NCBI GenBank assembly: GCA_951406725.2
Contig: OX597827.1
Span: 33,294,001-33,358,000 of the forward strand
Direction: 5' to 3'
DNA length: 64,000 nucleotides
Origin: Octopus vulgaris
Lineage: Eukaryota
Every line of letters begins with the position of its first letter. Position 1 is the first letter of the stretch. Below the pieces are notes generated by a model that saw only the letters and a list, made by a program, of their open reading frames with translations, had not been told where the DNA came from and made no database searches. Positions 12,974 to 25,909 of this stretch are shown piece by piece. The position numbers were made by a program, and so were the translations under genes.

Positions 12974-14117
12974 CACAAATGGGCTTCTTTCAGTTTCCAC
13001 CAACCAAATCTACTCACAAAGTTTTGGTCAACTTGAAGCTGTAGCAGAAGACACTTGCCCAAGGCGCTACACTGTGGGACTGAACCCATGAATCCAGAAC
13101 CACGTGGTTGAGAAGCAAGCTTCTTACCACAGAGCTGGTAAATATCAAAAAACAACTAGAAGAAGTGAAGAGATTTCAAACTGCAATTTTTTTCCACCAT
13201 ATTACAGGCAACAACAACCAACGAGCAAATGAGACAGGACTGGGTTTCTCAGCTTGCTAGAAATAGCAGCCAAATATTCCTCAAATCACATTCTACTGAA
13301 ATAAAAGAAATCCTTGTGTGGTAAGAAGTTTGCTTCCCAACTATATGGTGTGGTTCAAGGCTCACCAAAGCTTTGTGCTTGGTAGACAGAAACAAAGAAC
13401 TCTGTGTGGCACCTTGGTCAAGTGTTTCTATAGCTTTGGAGTGATTTGGTAGACGGAAACTGAAAGAAGCCGATAGTGTATCTCTTATGATAAAAGGCAG
13501 ATTTTCTCTGCCTCTGACATAGTTTGTTTTTAATACAATTGTACAATATAGAATTTCTTCAGTTGGAATTTACCTATGATTTTTCCAAGTAGATTCGATT
13601 GGGTTATGGCATATAAAGTTTTTTCAATTTCACCCCCAATTAAGCAAAAATTTGAGAAAACTAACCATTTTACGATTTGCCTCTCTAATTTCAACTGCTT
13701 CACTCCTATTACCACACTTTCTCCTACTTTCTCTTTGCAAGTGTACCTTCAACCACTACTCAAAAAAAATACACAGGAAACAGAAACAAATAAATACATA
13801 ACGATTTATTCCTCACACAATTTCTTCAATTGGAATTTACCTATGATTTTTCGAAGTACATTCCATTCTATATTTTATAAATTAAAATTGGTTTTTAATT
13901 TACTTTCTGTCGCTAAGTTTTGGTAGTATTAATTTGCGAGCGTACTTCAGTTGTCAATTGTTGAAAGAAAGAAATTGTAAGCTAAGAAGGTGTGTGTGTG
14001 TGTGTGTGTAGGAAGTGAAGGATAAAAATATGGCAAGAAGTGGACAGATGTACATATATACATACATCCATACATACATACATACATGTGTGTGTGTGTA
14101 TTAATGTGTGTGTGTTA

Positions 14118-14509
14118 TCTCTCTCTATATAAAGCTGAAGTTGTCTGTGTGCGCCAGGTTTGGTAACCTTCAACTAACACTATCTCCTCCGAGACCCTGC
14201 GGCGCAAGTTGACCAAAAGTGAGAGTATGATAGAAGAAGGGTTGCTCTTCCTTCCGTAGAAGATAACATTCAAATCGGACCATGTTAACACCAAAAATTA
14301 TTTACATCAAAAAGGTGCTTTTTTTCTATGAAAATCCCTATTTTTTACGAATTTTTCACTGCTGTGTCATCACTTTTCGGTGTATCTCAACCAGAAAAAT
14401 GTTCACTTGAAGAGAATAACAAGCTACATAATGCAAAATTTTTACTTTTCAAAAATTCCAATTCCAGCGGGTCGAAACAAACCCGAGCAACACCAGGCGA
14501 TACTGCTAG
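14118..14509 (+). mobile_element. Non-autonomous Helitron
   Basis: A|TC...TATATAAAG 5' end; 3' hairpin CCCGAGCAACACCAGG then ATACTGCTAG|T; 3' end shared with 58827-59207. Confidence 0.8.
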
Positions 14510-15396
14510 TATATATGTGTGTGTTCCATCATCGCTTGACAACCAGTGTGAGCTTACATCTCTGTAATAGGCTTTAAAAAAAAGTGTTGTGGTCAACTTG
14601 TTTGACTAAAAACCCTGCAAGGCGGTGCTCCAGCATGGCTGTAGTCAAATGACTGAAACAAGCAAAAGGATAAAAGAATATATCTGTATGTGTGTTGATG
14701 TTTGTCCCCCACCACTGCCGGACAACTGGTGATGTTTATGTCACCAGGACTTAGTGGCTTGGCAAGTGAGACTGATAGAATAAGGACTAGGCTTAAAAAA
14801 AAAAGTACTGGAGACAATTTGTGCAACTAAAATTCCTCAAAGTGGTGCTCCATCATGGCCACAGTCTTACGACTGAAACAAGTAAAAGAGAGAAAAAAAA
14901 TATTAGATAAATGAGGAGTGAGATAAACTGTCCAAAAAAACAGGACAGGATGGTCATTGCCAGAATGTTCTGATATCAGATCTGCGTAATCAGAGCTGAC
15001 CTGATTGGGAGTGGTGATGGTGCTAAGCAACAATGACAACAAAAAAAAAAAAAATATCATTAAAAATAAAGCCTCCAAAAAAAAAAAAAAGCAACACTCA
15101 ACATGTACAAAAAAAAAAGAAAAAATAGTGGTTAACAGAAAAAACAATAATAACAATAATAAAAATAACAATAATGGTTTCAAATTTTGCCACAAGGGCA
15201 GCCATTGGCGGGGGCGGGGAGTCATTAACATTGACTCCAGTGTTACACTGGTACTTAATTTATTGACGCAGAAAGGAAAAAAAGGCTAAGTCGACCTCGG
15301 CGGAATTTGAACTTAGAATGTTGCAACAGGCGGAATACCACTAAACATTTTGTCCAGTGTGCTAACAATTCTGGCACGTTGACCCCTTAATAATAA

Positions 15397-16480
15397 TCAT
15401 CATCATCATCATCATCATTTAACATCCGCTTTCCATGCTAGCATGGGTTGGACAATTTGACAGAGGACTGGCGAACCAGATAGCTGCGCCAGGCTCCAAT
15501 CTAATCTGGCAGAGTTTCTACAGCTGGATGCCCTTCCTAACACCAACCACTCCGAGACTGTAGTGGGTGCTTTTAAAGTACCACCGGCACGAGGGCCAGT
15601 CTGGTGGTACTGGCAACGGCCATGCTCAAAAATGGTGTTTTTTACGTGCCACCTGCACAAGAGTCAGTCCAGCAGCACTGGTAACAACCTTGCTCAAATG
15701 TTTTGTTCACATGCCACCGGCACAAGTGCCAGTGAGGCGACGCTGACAACGATCACGCTCAAATGGTGCTCTTTACGCGCCAGACAGCTGCTCTGGCAGT
15801 GATCCCGCTTGGATGGAGCTGTTAGCGTTCCACTGGCAAGGGTGCCAGTCATTGAATTTGGTTCAATTTCGATTTCACTTGCGTCAACAGGTCTTCGCAG
15901 TAGAGTTTTGTGTCCAAAGAAGGAAAGGTATGCATAAGTGGGCTGGCTACATCCTGGTAAAGGCCATGGGTTATGGTCTCACTTGTCCCGCCGGGTCTTC
16001 TCACGCACAGCATATTTCCAAAGGTCTCGGTCACTAGTCATTGCCTCGGTGAGGCCTAATGTTCAAAGATCATGCTTCACCACCTCGTCCCAGGTTTTCC
16101 TGGGTCTACCTCTTCCACAGGTTCTCTCAACCGTTAGGGTGTGGCACTTTTTCACACAACTATCTTCATCCATTCTCGCCACATGACCATACCAGCGCAA
16201 TCGTCTGTCTTGCACACCACAACTGATGCTTCTTAGGTGCAACTTTTCTCTCAAGGTACTTACACTCTGTTGAGTATGTACACTGACATTACACATCCAT
16301 CGGAGCATACTGGCTTCATTCCTTGCAATTTACGCATGTCCTCAGCAGTCACGGCCCATGTTTCACTGCCATGTAGCATGGCTGTTTGTACACATGCGTC
16401 ATACAGTCTGCCTTTTACTCTAAGCAAGAGGCCCTTAGTCACCAGCAGAGGTAAGAGCTCTATGAACTTTGCCCAGGCTA
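15397..16480 (-). mobile_element. 5'-truncated RTE LINE (same family as 25910-28527)
   Basis: AWAKFIELLP..LHGSETWAVTAEDM..RLRWYGHVARM..GRGRPRKTWDEVVKHD, then tandem-repeat 3' UTR and (GAT)n tail. Confidence 0.85.
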
Positions 16481-16493
16481 ATAATAATAATAA

Positions 16494-16690
16494 CAAAAAC
16501 ACCAGGACTTACAAATATATATAACATACAGAAAATTGCACTACTGGGCATTGCACACATCCTACGCAAAACACTTTCAATACAGTAACCATAAGAGCAT
16601 CACAACAAACCACACCACATACCCAAGGCACACAGATCTGTGCTCGGTAGTGACGTGAAAGCACGCTATAAAAATAAATCTACTGAATAA
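16494..16690 (+). mobile_element. 3' end of R4/Dong-clade LINE in (TAA)n
   Basis: Encodes TPGLTNIYNIQKIALLGIAHILRKTLSIQ*, resembling the R4/Dong C-terminus; (TAA)n on both sides. Confidence 0.7.
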
Positions 16691-16734
16691 TAATAATAAT
16701 AATAATAACAATAATAATAATCATAATAATAATT

Positions 16735-17630
16735 TCTTTCGACTGGAAGTACAAGGCATCAAATTTGGGGGAAGGGATTAAGTTGATTACATTGACCCTA
16801 GTGCGTAACAGGTACTTATTTAATTGATCAAGAAAAGATGAAAGGCAAAGTCGACCTCGGCAGAATTTGAACTCAGAATGTAGCAATAGATGAGATACCG
16901 CTAAGCATTTTGCCCGGCATGCTAACAATTCTGCCAGCTCACTGCCTTCATCATCATCATCATCGTTTAACGTCCGCTTTCCATGCTAGCATGGGTTGGA
17001 CGGTTCAACTGGGGTCTGGCAAGCCCGAAGGCTGCACCAGGCCAGTCAGATCTGGCAGTGTTTCTACAGCTGGATGCCCTTCCTAACGCCAACCACTCCG
17101 AGAGTGTAGTGGGTGATTTTATGTGCCACCGACACAGGTGCCAGATGAGGCTGGCAGACGGCCATGCTCAGATGGTGTTTTTTATGTGCCACCGACGTAA
17201 TAATAAAAATAATCTTTTGTACCCTAGGCACAAGGCCAAAATTTTTGGAGAGCAAGCAAGTCGATTAGATCGATCTCAGTATACAACTGGTACTTAATTT
17301 ATCGACCCTGAAAGGATGAAAGGCAAGGTTGACCCCAGCAGAATCTGAACTCAAAACGTAAAGACATGAAATACCGCTAAGCATTTCGCCCAGCATGTTA
17401 ACGTTTCTTATTTCTTTATTACCCACAAGGGGCTAAACATAGAGGGGTCAGACAAAGGGATTAAGTCAATTACATCGACCCCAGTGCGTAACTAGTACTT
17501 AATTTATCGACCCCGAAAGGATGAAAGGCAAAGTCGACCTCGGCAGAATTTGAACTCAGAACGCAGCGGCACACAAAATACCGCTAAGCATTTCACCTGG
17601 CATGCTAACGTTTCTGCCAGATCGCTGCCT
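16735..17630 (-). mobile_element. Cluster of three tRNA-derived SINEs with Deu/Nin-like core plus one RTE 3' tail
   Basis: Repeated GACCCCGAAAGGATGAAAGGCAAAGTCGACCTCGGC..ATTTGAACTCAGAA-like block at ~16830, ~17305, ~17510; many more copies window-wide. Confidence 0.8.
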
Positions 17631-18028
17631 TAGTAGTAGAAGTAGTAATAGTAGTAATAATAATAATAATCCCACACTGCAACAATTAATGGATGGAATG
17701 AAATGGTGTAGAAATTCTTTCTACTGCTCAAATTTTTACAACAGAGAATATCACAAAAGGAAAGAAATTGAGTCATGTGGTGGCAGTTGGTGGTGGGGGA
17801 GATACTCCTCCTACTCCATCTTCCCACAGTCTCTACTTCCTCTACCGCTCCATCCACCACCCCCGGCACCATTCCTGCTGCTCTCTATATTGCAGTTAGC
17901 TCTTGCAAAACATTTCAACAACTCCCATGAAATTGAAAACCCCCTTTCTTTTCCAACCAACAAGCCAGCCAACCAACCAGACGAACAGACAGACAGGCAA
18001 CAGTAACAAGGAAGAATTTCACCAGTTA

Positions 18029-18073
<45 letters not shown>

Positions 18074-18410
18074 GACAACAAAAGCCAAAAACAAACAAAC
18101 ACATACAAAAATAAAATAAATCAATACCATTTGAAAAAATAGTCTTGAATTTGTGTAGTCAGAAACTAGGGATTTTCAGAAAACTTTGATTAACAAACTT
18201 CCTGCTCCCTGTTGTTATTAGATAATTAAAAGTAAACCCATGTAACCTAACTATATATATATATATATACACACACACATATATATATATATATTATTAG
18301 ATTTTTCATTTTTTCTACGTTTGTTTTATATATTTGTTTTCAACCACTAATCTTCATTAGCAGCAGCAGCAGTTGTAGTAGCAGCAGCAATATCACTATC
18401 AGCAGTAGCA

Positions 18411-19050
18411 GACCAACCACGAAAATGAAGATCTACCAGGCATGTGTACTTAGCACTCTACTGTATGGAAGTGAGACATGGACGCCATACACACACCAAG
18501 AGCGTCGCCTAAACATCTTTCACCTGCGCTGCCTCCGGAAAATCCTTCGCATCAAATGGCAGAATCATATCCCCAACAAAGATGTCTTCAAGCAAGCAGG
18601 AATACCAAGCATCTTTGCACTCCTCACACAAAGACGTATGAGATGGCTTGGGCATGTTAGCCGTATGAAAGATGGCAGAATCCCTAAGGACATACTCTAC
18701 GGAGAGCTTGCTAGGGGTACTAGGTCTGTAGGAAGACCGTTCTAACGTTACAATGATGTTTGCAAATGGGACATGAAGGCCTGCAACATCAATATTAGCA
18801 ATTGGGAAGCAGTTGCCAGCAACCGTGGAGATTGGCAATGTACCGTAAAAGAGGGAATACAAAGGAGTGACACAGAGATAGAGGAGAAATGGAAAGACAA
18901 GAAAAGACATCAACAAGAAACTATGATATTACAACCAGCCAGGAACAGTCTTCGCTACATTTGCGGCACCTGCTAGAGGGAGTGTTTGTCCAGGATAGGA
19001 CTACACAGCAGGAAATGTATTAGGACATGAAATGTAAAAGCCAGACTAGA
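18411..19050 (+). mobile_element. RTE (BovB-like) LINE 3' fragment, pseudogenised
   Basis: KIYQACVLSTLLYGSETW..FHLRCLRKILRIKW..RMRWLGHVSRMKDGRIPKDILYGEL; in-frame stops; C-terminal CGTC remnant. Confidence 0.85.
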
Positions 19051-19139
19051 CTATCTTATGCGCAACTCCATATATATGTAAACACACACACATAAATATA
19101 TATATATATAAACACGCATATATATATATATACATACAC

Positions 19140-19176
<37 letters not shown>

Positions 19177-19201
19177 AATATATATATATATACACACACA
19201 C

Positions 19202-19242
<41 letters not shown>

Positions 19243-19245
19243 AAT

Positions 19246-19276
<31 letters not shown>

Positions 19277-19349
19277 CACATAAATATATACACACACACA
19301 TAAATACACACACACACACACAAATATATATATACACACATGCACACAA

Positions 19350-19382
<33 letters not shown>

Positions 19383-19720
19383 AATATATATATATACATA
19401 CATACATATATATATACATATACATATATACACATACATATATAAACATACATATACATATACATATATATATATACATATATACACATACATATATAAA
19501 CATACATATACATATATATATACATATATATATATACATATATATATATACATATATATATATACATACATATACATATATACATACATATACACATACA
19601 TATACATATATACATACATATATATACACATACATATATATACACATACATATACATATATACATACATATATATACACACATATATATACACATACATA
19701 TATATACACATACATACATA

Positions 19721-19758
<38 letters not shown>

Positions 19759-19783
19759 CATACACATACATATATACACATAC

Positions 19784-19850
<67 letters not shown>

Positions 19851-19922
19851 CATACATATATATATACATACATATATATATACATACATATATATATATA
19901 CATACATATATATATACATACA

Positions 19923-20007
<85 letters not shown>

Positions 20008-20215
20008 ATACACATACATATATATATATATATACACATACATATATATATATATACACATACATATATATATATATATATACACATACATATATATATA
20101 TATACACACACACATATATACACATACATATATATATATACACATACATATATATATATATATATACACACACATACATATATATATATATATACACACA
20201 CATATATATATATAT

Positions 20216-20246
<31 letters not shown>

Positions 20247-20499
20247 CACACACACATACATATATATATACACACACATACATATATATATATATACACA
20301 CACACATACATATATATACACACATATATATATATACACACATATATATATACACACATATACATACACACATATATATATACACACATATATATATATA
20401 CACACATATATATATATACACACATACATATATATATATACACACAAATATATATATATATATACACACAAATATATATATATATATACACACATACAA

Positions 20500-20530
<31 letters not shown>

Positions 20531-20625
20531 TAAATATATACACACACACACATAAATACACACACACACACAAATATATATATACACACACGCACACAAA
20601 TATATATATACACACACGCACACAA

Positions 20626-20664
<39 letters not shown>

Positions 20665-20905
20665 AATATATATATATACATACATACGTATATACATATA
20701 TATATACATATACATATATACATATATACACATACATATATATACATACATATATACATACATATACATATATACATACATATACACATACATATACATA
20801 TACACATACATATACATATACACATACATACATATACACATACATATATATACACATACATACATATATACACATACATATATATACACATACATATATA
20901 TACAC

Positions 20906-20998
<93 letters not shown>

Positions 20999-21007
20999 CA
21001 TACATAT

Positions 21008-21146
21008 AGGGCATCCAGCTGTAGAAACATTGCCAGATTAGACTGGAGCCTGGTGCAGCCTTCTGGCTTCCCAGAACCCCGGTCGAACCGTCCAACCCAT
21101 GCTAGCATGGAGAACGGACGTTAAACGACGATGATGATGATGATGA
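21008..21146 (+). mobile_element. Short 3' tail of the RTE family inserted in the satellite
   Basis: AGGGCATCCAGCTGTAGAAAC...CCAACCCATGCTAGCATGG...GTTAAACGACG(ATG)n. Confidence 0.85.
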
Positions 21147-21171
21147 TATACATACATATATATATAGATAC

Positions 21172-21206
<35 letters not shown>

Positions 21207-21324
21207 CACATACATATATATATGTATATACACACACACATATACACATACATATATATATATACACATACATATATATATATATACACACACATACATA
21301 TATATATATACACACACATACATA

Positions 21325-21360
<36 letters not shown>

Positions 21361-21827
21361 CACACACACATATATATACACACATATATATATACACACA
21401 TATACATACACACACATATACATACACACACATATATATATACACACATATACATACACACATATATATATACACACATATATATATACACACATATATA
21501 TATACACACATATATATATATACACACATATACATACACACATATATATATATACACACATATACATACACACATATATATATATACACACATATATATA
21601 CACACATATATATATATACACACATATATATACACACATATATATATATACACACATATATATATATACACACATATATATATATACACACATACATATA
21701 TATACACACATACATATATATACACACATACATATATATACACACACACATACATATATATATACACACACATACATATATATATATACACACAAACACA
21801 CATATATATATATACACACACACACAC

Positions 21828-21906
<79 letters not shown>

Positions 21907-21935
21907 TATATATACACACACATATATATATATAT

Positions 21936-21978
<43 letters not shown>

Positions 21979-22589
21979 CACATACACATACATATATATA
22001 TATATATACACACACATATACATATATATATACACACATACATATATATATATATACACATACATATATATATATATACACATACATATATATACACACA
22101 TACATACATATATATATACACACACATACATATATATATATATATACACATAGATACACATATATATATACACATACATACATATATATATATATATATA
22201 CACATACATATATATATACACATACATATATATATATACACATACATATATATATACACATATATATATATATATACACATACATATATATATATATATA
22301 CACATACATATATATATACACATACATATATATATACACATACATATATATATATATATATACACATACATATATATATATATACACATACATATATATA
22401 TACACATACATATATATACACATACATATATATATATACACATACATATATATATATACACACATATATATATATACACATACATATATATATATATACA
22501 CACATATATATATACACATATATATATATATATACACACATATATATATACACACATACATATATATATACACACATACATATATATAT

Positions 22590-22620
<31 letters not shown>

Positions 22621-22947
22621 CACATACACATATATATATATACACATACATACATATATATATACACATACATACATATATATATACACATACATACATA
22701 TATATATATATACACATACATACATATATATATATATACACATACATACATATATATATATATATACACATACATACATATATATATATATACACATACA
22801 TACATATATATATATACACATATATATATATATACACATACATATATATATATACACATACATACATACATACATATATATACACATACATACATATATA
22901 TATATACACATACATACATATATATATATACACATACATACATATAT

Positions 22948-23273
22948 ATGATTGATTGATTCATTGATTCCAGTTTCAGCTTATGAGCTGTGGCCATGCT
23001 GGGGCACCGCCATTTGGTGTTGCTACTTGGTTTCACTTCATGGAGGCTTTCTAGCAACTGCTATTTGGTGCATGAGAGAGTTCGATGCAGCTGCCCTCAT
23101 CTGCCCCTCCTGCCGTGAAGTTGGTTCATCTGGGACACCTGACAGGAAGAGATCCAGCTCCATTTTAAAGACATCTGTATCCACCCCATGCAGGTCTCTC
23201 AGGTTCATCGGGAGGATATTGAAGAGCTGTGGGCCTCGGAAGCCCAGGCTATCACAGAATCTTGTCCTACATT
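22948..23273 (-). mobile_element. CR1/L2-group LINE 3' fragment
   Basis: [36 protein letters not shown], paralogous to the C-terminus of 24311-25222; 3' UTR GGCGGTGCCCCAGCATGGCC and (CAAT)n tail. Confidence 0.85.
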
Positions 23274-23672
23274 CTATATATATACATACACATACATACA
23301 TATATATATATATATACACATACATACATATATATATATACACATACATACATATATATATATACACATACATACATATATATATATACACATACATACA
23401 TATATATATATATACATACATATATATATATATACACATACATACATATATATATATATATACACATACATACATATATATATATATATACACATACATA
23501 CATATATATATATATATACACATACATACATATATATATATATACACATACATACATATATATATATATACACATACATACATATATATATATATACACA
23601 TACATACATATATATATATATACACATACATACATATATATATATATACACATACATATATATATATATACA

Positions 23673-25305
23673 CAGCAGTCCAGCAGTCCTCCTAAAAACA
23701 TGCAGGCATGCCCTAGCGGGACCACTGAAGAAGCTCTTCAGTGGTTCCTTGGCTAACGGTAAACTGCCCAGGGCGCTAAAAGAAGGCACCATATGCCCTA
23801 TCCACAAAGGAGGGAGTAGAGCAGAGGCCAAAAACTACAGGCCAGTCTCCCTGACGTCACACATAAGTAAGGTCATGGAACGAATCATCACAAAAAAACT
23901 GATCACGTTCCTCGAAGAAACTAACCGTCTCACTGACACACAGCATGGCTTTCACCCAGGAAGAAGCTGCCTTACGCAGCTGTTACAACACTACGACTGG
24001 GTACTGAAACAACTACTGGATCGCTCACAGGTGGATGTGGTATATCTCGACTTTGCGAAGGCCTTTGACAAAGTCGACCACGGAGTGATATGTCACAAAT
24101 TACTCAGACTCGGCATAACAGGAAAAGTAGGTGAGTGGATACATGACTTCCTGAAGGACAGAAGCCAGATGGTTGCAGCCAATGGAGCCCTCTCGGGAAA
24201 GACACCGATAGCAAGCGGGGTGCCACAGGGCACAGTCTTGGGACCCTTGCTGTTTTTGGTGGCGCTCTCTGACATGCCCTTGGTAGCACAAACAACATCC
24301 CTCACTAGCTATGCTGATGACACAAAAGGTAGCACAGGCAATCAAAAACCCAGCTGATGCTGACCTTTTACAACAAGATCTGGATGCCATATACAAATGG
24401 GCTGAAGACAACAACATGCAATTTAATGCTGGTAAATTTCAAGCCTTACAATATCAAGCTGTAAACACATATACATTACAACACAACTATACTGGTCCAG
24501 GAGGGATCGAAATCCCAGTATCGAAATCAATACGGGACCTGGGGATAGACATGAGTGACGATGCATCTTTTTCTTCACACATCGCGAAGGTGGCGACAAT
24601 GTGCAGACGACTCACTGGCTGGATCCTGAGGACATTCCGGACAAGAGACTGCGAGACCATGTTGACACTATGGAGGACATTTGTCCTAAGCCGCCTGGAC
24701 TACTGCTCCCAACTGTGGTCACCGCATATTGTCAAACTAACCACAGAGCTTGAGACAATCCAAAGACATTTCACCAAGAGGATTTCCACCATGAAAGAAA
24801 AGAACTATTGGGAGAGGCTTAGGGAACTCAATTTGTACTCCTTGGAACGAAGACGAGAGAGATATGCAGTGATATACATATGGAAAATCCTGGAGGGACT
24901 AGCACCAAATTTTGGAATTGAGAGCTGTTCCAATCCCCGTACAGGTCGTCACTGTGTGGTGCCAAAGGTCCCGTCTTCCACATCCAGGGTAAGGAGCAGA
25001 TACTGTAATAGCCTGGGGTTCAGGGGCCCTCAGCTGTTCAACAAACTGCCAAGAAAACTAAGAGATCTACATGATGCGGATGTGGACATTTTCAAAAAAC
25101 ATCTAGACAAGCTGCTTTCCGGGATCCCAGATGAACCCACTGCAAGGTACGAAGGTAACCTAAGGGCAGCAGCTACAAACTCTCTCTTAGATCAGTGGCC
25201 AGCCACGGCAAACTGGACTTAGAGAGGGTAGCAACAAGGGCGGTGCCCCAGCATGGCCTCAGCCGGATGGCTGAAACAAGTAAAAGAGTAAAAGAGAAAA
25301 GAGAT
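23673..25305 (+). mobile_element. 5'-truncated CR1/L2-group LINE, reverse transcriptase
   Basis: [38 protein letters not shown]; one frameshift near 24325; stop at 25222; 3' UTR shared with SINE tail. Confidence 0.92.
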
Positions 25306-25366
25306 ACATCTATATATATATATATATATATACACATACATATATATATATATATATACACATACA

Positions 25367-25402
<36 letters not shown>

Positions 25403-25570
25403 AATATATATATATATATACACATACATCTATATATATATATATATATACACATACATCTATATATATATATATATATATACACATACATATATATATA
25501 TATACACATACATCTATATATATATATATATACACATACACATATATATATATATATATATACACATACA

Positions 25571-25602
<32 letters not shown>

Positions 25603-25673
25603 CATATATATATATATACATATATATATACACATACATATATATATATATATATACACACACATACATATAT

Positions 25674-25712
<39 letters not shown>

Positions 25713-25719
25713 CATATAT

Positions 25720-25769
<50 letters not shown>

Positions 25770-25787
25770 ATATATATATATATATAT

Positions 25788-25818
<31 letters not shown>

Positions 25819-25845
25819 CACATACATATATATATATATATATAC

Positions 25846-25876
<31 letters not shown>

Positions 25877-25909
25877 CACATACATACATATATATATATA
25901 TATATACAC

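Larger units (their letters stand above)
19066..25909. repeat. Compound (TA)n/(CA)n/(TACA)n satellite blocks interrupted by retroelements
   Basis: Blocks ~19066-21007, ~21147-22948, ~23274-23672, ~25306-25909 of CACATACA(TA)n-type units. Confidence 0.95.

Noticed and set aside
23188-23672. N-terminal extension of the RT ORF 23188-24357
   Set aside because: Antisense LINE fragment plus satellite read in frame by chance; the LINE begins at ~23673.
19046-23831. Very long Y/I/C/V/M and T/H/Y/I ORFs up to 685 aa
   Set aside because: Open in several frames on both strands because TA/CA repeats lack stops; not proteins.
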